Source: Mobula hypostoma (lineage: Eukaryota). Taken from it: DNA of 64,000 nucleotides. Positions 37,951 through 50,844 of the stretch are shown here, in pieces. The stretch lies in NCBI RefSeq assembly GCF_963921235.1, contig NC_086097.1:199890001-199954000 (forward strand), in the 5' to 3' direction. How positions within the stretch are numbered: the first letter of the stretch is position 1; the number at the start of each line of letters is the position of its first letter. A program made the translations under genes and the position numbers. The notes beneath the pieces were generated by a model, which was given only the letters and a program-made list of their open reading frames with translations, made no database searches and was not told the DNA's origin.

Positions 37951-38909
37951 TGTGGTCAGCTATGGCCATCCTTTTAGGAATACAGCTACACCACACAACT
38001 GCCAACCACCCACAGTCGAACAGACTAGTGGAGCGTTTCCACCATCACCTGAAGTCGGCTCTCATGGCCCGCCTGGAAGGGCCTAACTAGGTGGACGAGC
38101 TTCCCTGGGTCCTGCTCGGAATCCCCACGGCGCCCAAGGAGGATCTGCACACCTCGTCGGCCGAGTTGGTGTATGGCGCACCCCTGGTAGTCCCAGGAGA
38201 GTTCATACCAGCCCCAAGGGGGCAAGAGGAGGAACCCGCAGCAGTCCTGGACAGACTACGGGACAGGCTGGGTAACCTGGCCCCCATACCCACTTCACAG
38301 CACGGGCAGAGCCTGACCTGCGTACCCAAAGACCTGCAGAACTGTAAGTTTCTTTTTGTACGACGGGGCGGACACCGGGCACCGCTACAGCGGCCCTACG
38401 AGGGGCCGTTTAAGGTGATCAGGAACAACGGGTCCACGTTTGTGCTGGATATTAAGGGGAGAGAGGAGGTTTTCACAGTGGACCGACTCAAACCGGCCCA
38501 TGTGGACTTGGCACAACCGGTCCAGGCTCAGGCACCGCGGCGCAGGGGCAGACCTCCCAAACAGAGGCCAATCCAGACTGTGGACATTGGGGGAGGTATC
38601 ACTGGTTCCGGGGTGGGGGGGGGGGGTTATGTGGCGACCCACTTTCCAGCGCACACGAACTGGCTCATAAAACAGCGCGCGCCGGCAGAGGGCCGGCCCC
38701 AAAAAGGGCTCCAGGCCATCTTCACCAGCAGGGAGAAAATCCTGCACACGGGAAGGGTCTGGGAATATGCATTCCCCACAGCAGTCCCGCCGGGGAGGGC
38801 GGGAACGGGAAGGCTTTAATGGGGGCTGCAAAGTTTTGAATAAATCTCTTTTATCGCAACTCCAACTCACTCGTCGTTATTCTAGCGCTGTGTGTAGCAC
38901 ACTGCTACA
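37951..38909 (+). mobile_element. Internally deleted Gypsy/Ty3 LTR retrotransposon (integrase C-terminus, polypurine tract, 3' LTR)
   Basis: HHTTANHPQSNRLVERFH...LPWVLLG...PYEGPFKV...VDRLKP integrase; G-rich tract before LTR 38630-38909 (TGTGGC...GCTACA, AATAAA 38839-38844); 4-bp TSD cagt at 37947-37950 and 38910-38913. Confidence 0.88.
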
Positions 38910-39089
38910 CAGTCAATGTTTCAGGGTGACACTCTCTGGACAAAAGAATATAGGAGTGACAACCTGTATAAAAATAATAGGGCGCAGACAGAGACAGAGG
39001 CTGGGGGTGATAAGTGGAGAGTGGCAGACAGAGTCAAGTGCGGGAATGAAAGGTGAGATCAAGCAGAGACCAGGCAACTAATTCTCTGA

Positions 39090-39790
39090 GAACCTGTACT
39101 CTGTCACAGTGGCCATCTGGAGCTTGTGTCTGCTGGCCATTTTAATTCCATTTCCTATTACCATGCCAAACCTCTGCCATGGTTGAGACAAAATGCAAAC
39201 TAGAAGAGCAGGAATTCATATCCTGCCTGGGTAGTTTGCAACCTAATAGCATGAACATTGAATTATCCATTTTCAGGTAACCAGCTCCCCTGTTGTTCCT
39301 TCCTCTCTTCCTCTGATCCAGACAACTCCTCCCACACACACCTTTTTTTCTAAACTCCCTCTCACAGTTTATTTCTCGCCTCCCACCTACTCAATCCACC
39401 CATCACCCTCACAATGCTGTCACTGGGTCCCCTAAACCCACCTTCAATGTTCCCATCTGCCTGCCATATCTCCCTTATTTTGGTTCCTTCATTTTTTAAA
39501 AAATCAGATTCCATAAAAATTTTATAGTCTCCATTTATCACATTCCAACCTCTGTTGCTATCTGCATTCTTCCCTCACCAACTGGACTCCACCTGCAAAT
39601 CAACTCCTCCTAACCTGAGGCCTACATTCACTTGCCATCTCTTGCCCATATCTCCCTTCTCTCCTTTTTATATTGGCTATTCCCCCTACTCCAGATAAAG
39701 GATTTTATCCCAAAACATTGACTGTCCATCTTCCTCCACAGTTGCTGCCTGACCTCCTGAGTGCCTCCAGCAGCTCCTTTCGTTGCTCAA
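39090..39790 (+). mobile_element. Penelope-like element 3' remnant
   Basis: KLEEQEFISCLGSLQPNSMNIELSIFR* C-terminus, pyrimidine-rich tract, then the gctgcctgacc...ctccagc terminal repeat. Ends approximate. Confidence 0.55.
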
Positions 39791-40349
39791 GGCAAAATAT
39801 CATAATGTACAGCACTTTGTGGTAACTATCTACAGATTCACCATTCAGCTGAGGAAGGTTTTCTGAACAGCTTCAATACTTTTAATTTATGAATTTATAA
39901 TCATACAATGCTCTATTCTGCTATTTTCAAATACTTGCATCCCTTTGATTTTTAAGTTTCACGTTGATCACCTTTAGAAGTAGGAAAATTTAGAAAACAA
40001 CCATGTTTACACTGGAAGCGTAGGGAGATCAGTGGAGTGAAGGAAGGAAACATGACTGAGTGGAGAGGGAGAGAATAATGTTGACAAGGAGAGGGTGTTG
40101 AAGGCCGGATAATGGCTGAAAATCTGCCACTGCACCTGCACCAGCAACTGTAGTCTCTAGTGGTAGCAAATCTGTATGGGAAAAGTGCAAATGGACAGAA
40201 AACATCTGAGTGATGCATAACACAGCAACTGCTGGAAGGTAGAAGTAAAAGAGAGTGCTGGGAAAGCCCAATAGGTCGAACAGTGTAGGCGGAGAAAGGA
40301 AAATTGGATTACATCAGGAGTGGCCAAGAGAAAAAAAAATCAAGTCTCC

Positions 40350-41487
40350 CAAAAAAAAACTGCAAATGCTGGAAATCTTAAACAAAACAAGAAAATGATA
40401 GAAATACACAGTAGTACAGGCAGCATCTATGGAAAGTAAAACAGAGTTAATATTACAGGCTAATTACCCCTCAACACAGGCGGCTATTGACCCCAAACCC
40501 TACCTTTTCTCTCACCCTTGTTTGCTGTTTGGTTTATTTAGCACCCCCAACATCCCCAGCCTCTACACCAGAACTGGTTGGTTCTGACACAAACTTAAAG
40601 GCTGGTTATCTGAAATTGGTGAATTCAATGTTAAGCTGCCAAGACTGAAGTTTGATTAAAAAGGAGAGATGATGCTCCTTCAGCACATATCAGGCATTGT
40701 TGGAACAGTGCATGAGGCAGATCAAATGAGGTCATAATTGGATGAAGATAGACAACTGGAAGCTTAGGGTTACTCTAGTGACTTAACAGAGATGTTCTGC
40801 AAATTGGTCCCCAAATCCATTTTTTGTTTTGCTTCTCCAATGTAGAGGAGACCACATCACAAGCACCAGGTGCTAACCTGGAAGGAATGCAAGTGATTGT
40901 AATGCCTGCACTGTTCTTGTGTACTTTATGCAGTCCTGGGTAGGTCTGTAGTCTAGTGTAGTTTTTGTGTTGTTTTACGTAGTTCAATGTAGTTTTCGTA
41001 TTGCTTCATGTAGCACCATGGTCCTGAAAAACGTTATCCCGTTTTTACTGTGTACTGTACCAGCAGTTATGGTCGAAATGACAATAAAAAGTGACTTGAC
41101 TTGACCTGAAAGGATGGTCTGGGTCACCACATGGCAGAAAGGAAGAAAGGAAAGGGCAAATGTTACATCTACTGTTCTTGCATGAGAAGTTGCATGAAAA
41201 GGTGGGGGGTGTGGTGTTGGTGAAAATGGAAGATTAACAATGGGTGGTGGAGTGAAATGAGTTTGAGGTGGAATACTGTTGATATAAATTGCAGTGAATC
41301 ATTAATCTAATGAACATGGGGGTTGCTGAGGTGAAAGAGAAGGAAAAGGGGAACACTGTCCTTGCTCTGGGTGGAAGGAGAGGGGTGAGAGTAGAAGTAG
41401 TGGAAATGGAAAAGATGTATTTGAGTACCCTGTCAATTATAGTGGAAGGGGAGCAACAATTAGTGAAAAAGGAAGACATCACAGAAT
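40350..41487 (-). mobile_element. Degenerate Penelope-like remnant, host of the Hero-like insertion
   Basis: Minus-strand ggtctcctctacattggagaa = GLLYIGE (GIY-YIG-like) near 40835-40855; host sequence resumes after 43142. Confidence 0.5.
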
Positions 41488-43135
41488 TGAAAATACACTT
41501 GGACTAAGATGTTAACTGTCCGGTGCTATCACCAGTGGGATCATCAGTTGATCTGCCACCTGTCTTGAGGAGTTTCGGCCGCTTATGATCAAGACTCCCT
41601 CAAGGTGGAGGGCTAGCAGTGCTAAAGCACCACCTCCCACTGGTGAGCTTAAAAACTTGGCATCTGCCTCTATCAGAGTTGTTTGTCGCTTCCATCCAAC
41701 AGATAGTCTACTCTTCAGGTGTCTATGCAACTACTGAAGGGTTTGCAAAAGATGACTGTCTGACTATCTGCCCCTCTGGACATACTTGGTCCACACCCAT
41801 GATGATCCTTTCTCTGCTGCCTCAGCTACAGCCCTGCGGGTTGATTTGATCTCTCTTCTTGTGAAGCCAAGGTCATGCAGCCACTTCTGGAAAGTGAACG
41901 CAATAAAGCCACGGCAACCTCTTTCGAATGGATAGCATGAGACCTTCCACCCTCTGTCTCTGCACTCTGATCTTAATTCTGCATACTTGGTTAATTTGCG
42001 CTCATGGGCTTCATCGATGTTGTCTTCCCAGGGGACCGTGAGTTCACCAATAACCACTTCTGTGCTGGTGTCAGACCATACGATTATATCTGGACGCAGC
42101 GTGGTGAAAGCTATTTGCTCCAGGAGACTGCCTTTCCCGTCCAGGTCAGCCTTGACACACCAATCACTGGCAGAAGAAAGTATACTTGATCGTGAGCCTA
42201 CGCTGTACACCCTTGACTTGGAGCCTTCTTTCACAAATGTTATGTGATATTCTGTGCAGCATGGGACATGAGATAAGTTGTGCTGCAGTACTCTCTGCTC
42301 AACCGCTTCTGTTACAACTTTGAGAACATTGTTATGTCTCCAGGTGTACATGCCGCTGGAAAGATTGACTCTGCATGTATTCAAGATATGCTGAAGTGTT
42401 CCCTTCTCGCCACAAGCAGCACACCTGTCTGTCTTATCTTCATACCAGGTGCTGAGGTTGGCAGGTGTTGGGAGCAGATCGTACACTGCTCTGAATAGAA
42501 AAGAAATGCCGACTGGTTCCATCTGCCACAGAACATTCCAAGATAGATGTCGTTGTTCAACACTTTCCCACCAGGTCCAAACCTCTTGTTGGGCCAGGCC
42601 AGCTGTTTTAGCTAACCTCTTCTCCTCTTCTACCTCTTGTGTTTCTTGCGTTACAAGCTCACGGTTCTCCTTACCCATAGAAGATGACCACCACCTGTGG
42701 GTTGTCCATCCAAGTCCCTGGTGGCCTAGCTTCATAGCCCCAACCGTCTCCTCGTGCTTCAATCTAGACTCTGCCTCATCAACTGCTACACGGGCTGACC
42801 ACTTCCTGCCTGATCTCACATCTGGCTGGGTGTTCTTGACGACAGGGTCTTTTGAGTCTCGAAGCATCAAGAATGATCTTACCTTGGCTACCTTGACCTC
42901 TTCAACAAGGGATTGCACTGGGATGGTAAGCTTTGTCTGGCTACTGTGGATTGCAACATTGGTGAGGCTGCTCGGTACTCCAAGCCACTTCTTCACATAC
43001 TTGTTGATCTTCTGTTCCATTGCCTCAACGTGGGACATTGCCACTTCATAGACAGTTAGTGGCCACATTATCCGTGGCATCAGTCCGTACTGCAAGCACC
43101 ACAACTTCAACTTGACAGGCAAGCCACACTTGTTG
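41488..43135 (-). mobile_element. Hero-like non-LTR retrotransposon with restriction-like endonuclease (RLE), 5'-truncated
   Basis: Stop-free ORF ending at 41764 with CAACGEKGTLQHILNTC zinc knuckle, RHN, RPDIIVW...ELTVPWE...RKLTKY motifs; probable TSD acagaat at 41481-41487 and 43136-43142. Confidence 0.85.
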
Positions 43136-43876
43136 ACAGAATACACTGATTTGGAAAGTGGTGTCATCACAACAGATATACTTCTTTCCTAGTATTCCCT
43201 TTTGTTTCAGATGCTCATTCAATAGCTTCAACAGGCTTTAGTTTCTCTCCTCCATATAGAGTGGCTACCCATTCACAAGCCTTCAGCAACTTATTCTAGT
43301 CAACATCAATGTGTATCTCCTCTTTTGTTTGATCTCCTACCTGTCCAGGATATAGCAAAAACTTTGGTTTCTTCACATTACAGCTTCTCTTCTTCTCTAT
43401 AAGTTTAATGTGTCCATCCAAAGGAAAGTTATTGACCTGAAATGGTACCTGGTTATCCAAGTTCAGTTGCCAACCAGCCTGTTAAGTATCTCCAGAAATT
43501 TCAGTTTGTAAATCAGAATTCCAGCATCTGCAGTTTTTGGGATTTGATTACTTCTTAGTTCTCGACCTCAGCCAGCCCCTCAAACCTAGCCATACTTTCT
43601 TAGCTGACTCACGGATTCATTTTGCGCAGAACATAAGCGATATGAGAAACAGCTACATATGACCCCTAATATTTCTTCTCATCCACTTTCCTGCCAGATC
43701 CCTGTATCAACTGATTCTCTTTCTGAACACAAATCTATTTATCTCATCATTGAAAACACTTAGTGACTGAGCACCCACATAATGTACGTCTGAGCCCATT
43801 ATCATTTGAATTTTACTGTGTCAGGAAAAACCATGTTTTTGCTTTAGTAGTTTGTTCCCTTGCATTTTCAAATCTA

Positions 43877-44008
43877 AACAACAGGAATTCTGCAGATGCT
43901 GGAAATCCAAGCAACACACATAAAAGTTGCTGGTGAACGCAGCAGGCCAGGCAGCATCCCTAGGAAGAGGTGCAGTCGATGTTTCACGCAAAGACCCTTC
44001 TTCAGGAT
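43877..44008 (-). mobile_element. Penelope-like terminal repeat with hammerhead core boxes
   Basis: Reverse complement tc-CTGAAGA-agggtctttgcgt-GAAAC-atc-gactg; near-identical to 142-276. Confidence 0.6.
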
Positions 44009-46772
44009 CAAATCTATCCTGTTTTTAATATCCTGCAGAAAAGTAGAAATTTAATTAGTTGTGCTTTCACACCAGCAACAGAAATCCTGTCACAAGGGAG
44101 CCCTCTGTAATGAATCTTCCCTTGCTATTGGATGGGTAATTACTCTGACTGTTGTGAAACCATCATACAGGATCCTGGGTCCAAGTAAAGCCCTAGACTT
44201 GAAATAAAAGGATATAAGACATTATTTCTACTCCAGACCATTATGGAGAGGGACAATATATGCTGAAAAGTGTAGGGGTTTGTATCATTAGATTGATAGG
44301 CGAAACCTAGTATTAAGTCAACTTCTTATGAATTGTATTTCCATTGACACTGCTTCTTCCACTGATGTCTGGATGTCAAGCAACAACATGGTCAAGTGTG
44401 ACCATAATATTACCAAAGTGTGACCATGATGTTGCCAACAGCCAACCAAAAATATCGATGCTTCATATCCTTGGAAACACATCCCAAATTAAGCTATTCC
44501 CAAAGCAGCAGAGAAGAAAAAAATAGAAAACTAAAGGCACAAAACAAATCAGGCAGTCCTGCTCCCAAATCAGGCCCAAAAGGCATCGTTTGCAGAACGT
44601 CCCCACCAGAATCATACCACAACATTTAGCATAGGTGAGAATTGCAGTAAAACATCTGCTGAAATCTGGAATCTCTCCAGGATTTAATCTGCAGTTAATT
44701 TCATTTGGTTCTTTGTGCTAGAAATAGCAGCTGCAAAATATTGTGTAGAGCAACGTTGCTTCAGTCAGTCACATAACCATGGTAACAATGTCTCTCATTC
44801 AAAAAAGATGGCAGAGTTAAGACCATATTACACTTAAACGTTATATAACTGCAACAGTATTTGCTTAATTTCAAATGAATCATCGTGCTTAATTTAGAAC
44901 ATAATAAGCAGCCTTCAATCATATTAACATATTAAAAAGCAATAACTGTATCAGTTGGGAATTTGGAGCAATGGAAGTCGTGATAATTAAAACTCATGAT
45001 AATTTTAATGTTGTGTAAAAGTCCTCCAGAGGAGACATCTAAGTTGATGTTTATACATTATTTATATCCCGTTTCTGGATTGAGAGGAAATGTTTATGCG
45101 TACGTGAAAGAAAGGTTACATCTGGATTTTTGCACTCTTCGCTGATTTTTGGCAGGTGATTGTATTTGTGAATAAACTATAAGAGATATTGTTTTTGAAG
45201 AGAAGGGTATTTATTTTGCTCTAAGCATTTTCTTCTGAGGGCTGTCATCATGACAAGGTGTTTTCCCTAGAGGCTTTACAGATGTCCAGAAATAAGAATG
45301 CAATAGCTATAGCCAGATGATAAATTATACTGTCAATCATCTTGTCAATTAGCCACTTAACATCTTTACTTTGAAAAATATTTTTTTATTAGATTAAACT
45401 GCCCATCTGCATGCAATTCTTATGGCACAATTTATTTTCCTGTCAGGGAGTCTCAGTACTCTAGGACATGATATTGTCTACAGACAGAAACCAGGTCATA
45501 TACGATGTATGAAGGTGAGAATCAATAGAAAGGAATGAGGGATATAGGAGCACAGACTATGGAAAAATTATTGTCATGCCTCGCCAGACATCATGTATCT
45601 AAAATGGTTTCTACTCAAATTATATCATCTTGTTCTTCCTGAGGTGATATGTAGATAGATGAAAACTGACTTGTGAACTTCTGCTTGTTGGTATTAGTAG
45701 TATGACCAGTGCTGAGAAAATGCACACCTGGATAGAATGATATTGTTTGTGTATGAAAGAAAAGGATAACTAAAGATGTAAAGAAACTCCTTCACTGTTA
45801 TAATGGCTATTGCAGTTGACAATGGCTTGTTTTCAACAGTTTTATTGGCTCTGCTGTGGATTATTTGGTCAACGTGAGATCTGTAGACTCTGCTACAGAT
45901 GGGGTGAATAGTTTGATATTTTGGGATGTTGTGTAATCCTTCGGCAGTTTACTTTGGGCTTCTGTGATCTCTTGCTAAAAGGATCTTAAACTTTCAATAC
46001 AGCTGCATCCCTCCTTTTTCAACCCGATCATTCATTGGCCAGGGATTCTCAAGGTTTACGCTTTTTCAGAGAGGATTTGAGCATACTCTTGAATCATTTC
46101 CTCTGTCTAGTTGATAATGTCAGGCCTTAATAGATCTTAGTGTATCAGTTTCAGATGCTGGTATTGTTCATATGAATGGCACATTCTGCCTATTCTAACC
46201 CTTCCATTAAGATGGCAGTGCATTGGGCGCAGCAGCCAATGGGGGCCAACAAAAGGTGTTTTTTTTTATCTTTTTTATGACTGCAGGACAATGCTAGACA
46301 TTAAGAACTTCAGGTACTGCAGGTCTACCCCATCAGCCAGCTGCTCATTGGTGGAGATGCTGGACTTAATGTGGACCATTTTACTGCCTACTACAGGAAG
46401 GTGTTGGAGTTGGTTTGCAAAGGTGGTGTGAAGTCTAACAGGAAATGATTGTCTAGGATGTTTCTCTTTCAATCACAAGTTCCTTTTGGGCATTGATAAT
46501 GTACAATGCCCCTGTTTATTGGTGAGACAGACAGTGGGGAGCTGTGTGACCTTCGTTGTAGCAAAGACTAGGCCTCAAGCCATGTAACAGTCCAGGAGAG
46601 GAGATAATAGACAATAGGTGCAGGATTAGGCCATTCAGCCCTTTGAGCCAGCACCGCCATTCACTGTGATCATGGCTGATCATCCACAATCAGTATCCAG
46701 TTCCTGCCTTATCCCCATAACCTTTGATTCCGCTATCTTTAAGAACTCTATCCATCTCTTTCTTGAAAACAT

Positions 46773-49645
46773 AGAAACATAGAAACATAGAAACATAGAA
46801 AATAGGTGCAGGAGTAGGCCATTCAGCCCTTCGAGCCTGCACCGCCATTTATTATGATCATGGCTGATCATCCAACTCAGAACCCCGCCCCAGCCTTCCC
46901 TCCATACCCCCTGACCCCTGTAGCCACAAGGGCCATATCTAACTCCCTCTTAAACATAGCCAATGAACTGGCCTCAACAGTTTGCTGTGGCAGAGAATTC
47001 CACAGATTCACCACTCTCTGTGTGAAGAAGTTTTTCCTAATCTCGGTCCTAAAAGGCTTCCCCTCTATCCTCAAACTGTGACCCCTCGTTCTGGACTTCC
47101 CCAACATCGAGAACAATCTTCCTGCATCTAGCCTGTCCAATCCCTTTAGGATCTTATACGTTTCAATCAGATCCCCCCTCAATCTTCTAAATTCCAATGA
47201 GTACAAGCCCAGTTCATCCAGTCTTTCTTCATATGAAAGTCCTGCCATCCCAGGAATCAATCTGGTGAACCTTCTTTGTACTCCCTCTATGGCAAAGATG
47301 TCTTTCCTCAGACTAGGGGACCAAAACTGCACACAATACTCCAGGTGTGGTCTCACCAAGGCCTTGTACAACTGCAGTAGTACCTCCCTGCTCCTGTACT
47401 CGAATCCTCTCGCTATAAATGCCAGCATACCATTCGCCTTTTTCACCGCCTGCTGTACCTGCATGCCCACTTTTAATGACTGGTGTATAATGACACCCAG
47501 GTCTTGTTGCACCTCCCCTTTTCGTAATCGGCCACCATTCAGATAATAATCTGTTTTCCTATTTTTGCCACCAAAGTGGATAACTTCACATTTATCCACA
47601 TTAAATTGCATCTGCCATGAGTTTGCCCACTCACCCAACCTATCCAAGTCACCCTGCATCCTCTTAGCATCCTCCTCACTGCTAACACTGCCACCCAGCT
47701 TCGTGTCATCCGCAAACTTGGAGATGCTGCATTTAATTCCCTCATCCAAGTCATTAATATATATTGTAAACAACTGGGGTCCCAGCACTGAGCCTTGCGG
47801 TACCCCACTAGTCACCGCCTGCCATTCTGAAAAGGTCCCGTTTATTCCCACTCTTTGCTTCCTGTCTGCTAACCAATTCTCCACCCACACCAATACCTTA
47901 ACCCCAATACCGTGTGCTTTAAGTTTGCACACTAATCTCCTGTGTGGGACCTTGTCAAAAGCCTTTTGAAAATCCAAATATACCACATCCACTGGTTCTC
48001 CCCTATCCACTCTACTAGTTACATCCTCAAAAAATTCTGTGAGATTCGTCAGACATGATTTTCCTTTCACAAATCCATGCTGACTTTGTCCGATCATTTC
48101 TCCGCTTTCCAAATGTGCTGTTATCACATCCTTGATAACTGACTCCAGCAGTTTCCTCACCACCGACGTTAGGCTAACCGGTCTATAATTCCCCGGTTTC
48201 TCTCTCCCTCCTTTTTTAAAAATTGGGGTTACATTAGCCACCCTCCAATCCTCAGGAACTAGTCCAGAATCTAACGAGTTTTGAAAAATTATCACTAATG
48301 CATCCACTATTTCTTGGGCTACTTCCTTAAGCACTCTAGGATGCAGACCATCTGGCCCTGGGGATTTATCTGCCTTCAATCCCTTCAATTTACGTAACAC
48401 CACTTCCCTACTAACATGTATTTCACTCAGTTCCTCCATCTCACTGGACCCTCTGTCCCTTACTATTTCTGGAAGATTATTTATGTCCTCCTTAGTGAAG
48501 ACAGAACCAAAGTAATTATTCAATTGGTCTGCCATGTCCTTGCTCCCCATAATCAATTCACCTGTTTCTGTCTGCAGGGGACCTACATTTGTCTTTACCA
48601 GTCTTTTCCTTTTTACATATCTATAAAAGCTTTTACAATCCGTTTTTATGTTCTCTGCCAGTTTTCTCTCATAATCTTTTTTCCCCTTCCTAATTAAGCC
48701 CTTTGTCCTCCTCTGCTGAACTCTGAATTTCTCCCAGTCCTCAGGTGAGCCACTTTCTCTGGCTAATTTGTATGCTACTTCTTTGGAATTGATACTATCC
48801 CTAATTTCTCTTGTCAGCCACGGGTGCACTACCTTCCTTGATTTATTCTTTTGCCAAACTGGGATGAACAATTGTTGTAGTTCATCCATGCAACCTTTAA
48901 ATGCTTGCCATTGCATATCCACCGTCAATTCTTTAAGTGTCATTTGCCAGTCTATCTTAGCTAATTCACGTCTCATACCTTCAAAGTTACCCCTCTTTAA
49001 GTTCAGAACCTTTGTTTCTGAATTAACTATGTCACTCTCCATATTAATGAAGAATTCCACCATATTATGGTCACTCTTACCCAAGGGGCCTCTCATGACA
49101 AGATCGCTAATTAACCCTTCCTCATTGCTCAAAACCCAGTCCAGAATAGCCTGCTCTCTAGTTGGTTCCTCGACATGTTGGTTCAAAAAACCATCCCACA
49201 TACATTCCAAGAAATCCTCTTCCTCAGCACCTTTACCAATTTGGTTCACCCAGTCTACATGTAGATTGAAGTCACCCATTATAACTGCTGTTCCTTTATT
49301 GCACACATTTCTAATTTCCTGTTTAATACCATCTCCGACCTCACTACTACTGTTAGGTGGCCTGTACACAACTCCCACCAGCGTCTTCTGCCCCTTAGTG
49401 TTACGCAGCTCTACCCATATCGATTCCACATCTTCCCGGCTTATGTCCTTCCTTTCTATTGCGTTAATCTCTTCTTTAACCAGCAACGCCACCCCACCTC
49501 CCCTTCCTTCATGTCTATCCCTCCTGAATATTGAATATCCTTGAACGTTGAGCTCCCATCCCTGGTCACCCTGGAGCCATGTCTCTGTGATCCCAACTAT
49601 ATCATAATCATTAATAACAATCTGCACTTTCAATTCATCCACCTT
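46773..49645 (-). mobile_element. Young CR1 LINE with stop-free ORF2 (endonuclease plus RT), nested in an older CR1 (about 46605-46765 and 49653-50253)
   Basis: ORF 46877-49696 with ITETWL, GDFN, SDHN, QGSVLGP, FADD; (TTCTATGT)n tail; probable TSD aaaacat at 46766-46772 and 49646-49652; the first ~17 codons of the called ORF come from the host copy. Confidence 0.93.
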
Positions 49646-50844
49646 AAAACATCCAGAGACTTGGCCTCTACTGCCTTCTGGGGCAGAGCATTCCACATAT
49701 CCACCACTCTCTGGTGAAATAGTTTTTCCTCAACTTCATTCTAAATGGCCTACCCCTTATTCTTAAACTGTGGCCTCTGGTTCTGGACTCACCCATCAGC
49801 AGGAACATGCTTCCTGCCTCCAGCGTGTCCAATCCCTCAATAATCTTATGTGTTTCAATCAGATCCCCTCTCATCCTTCTAAATTCCAGAGTATACAAGC
49901 CCAGTCACTCCAATCTTTCGACATATGACAGTCCTGCCATCCTGGGAATTAACCTTGTGGACCTATGCTGCACTCCCTCAATAGCAAGAATGTCCTTCCT
50001 CAAATTTGGAGACCAAAACTGCACACAATACTCCAGGTGTGGTCTCACCAGGGCCCTGTACAGCTGCAGAAGGACCTCTTTGCTCCTATACTCAATTCCC
50101 CTTGTTATGAAAGCCAGCATGCCATTAGCTTTCTTCACTGCCTGCTGTACAAGAACACCTAGATCTCATTGTACTTCCCCTTTTCCTAACTTGACTCCAT
50201 TTAGATAATAATCTGCCTTCCTGTTCTTACCACCAAAGTGGATAACCTCACATTTCATTATCGTGTAGTGTAACGCTGGAGGGGGTGCAGCTGAGCTGAG
50301 ATGGAGGCTGGCCCCGCCCATCTTTGCTGCCCTCAAGTTTTAGATGGAGAGAATGACAAGCTGGACGGTGTGTGTGCACACGCTCATCTGCCAATTGTTG
50401 AAAATTGCTTCTTCTTGCCGATAACACCCATGCATCAACAACTTACAGGACATTGATGACTTGGACTGCATATGTGTTTTGTGTGACTGTATGTCTACTT
50501 GCTTTCTTATACATGTCACATGTGCCTTGTGCTGTATATGACAATCAGCCCCGTGCTTTGCTCTCAGTCCCAGAGGAACACTGTTTCGTTTGGCTCGTTT
50601 CATGGGTATTCATGTCTGGTTGAATGATAATTAAACTTGAACTTGGACTTGAACTATCGGAACTGATTGAGTACAAATGGACCTCAGTTCTGGGGGACTT
50701 TTGTTTTAGAAAAGCAGGTAGTGTAGTTGGAGGGTTTTGCAGAGACAACATTTGTGGTATTCGTCCAGTGCCTTGGGATAATGGCTACAGTCCATGTACC
50801 TCAATGCATCCTGAAGACAGGAAAGGCCATGTTGAGTGCTGAAA

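Noticed and set aside
42449..43051. 200-aa Ser-rich plus-strand ORF
   Set aside because: Antisense shadow of the Hero-like ORF
48768..49544. 258-aa plus-strand ORF
   Set aside because: Antisense shadow of CR1 ORF2
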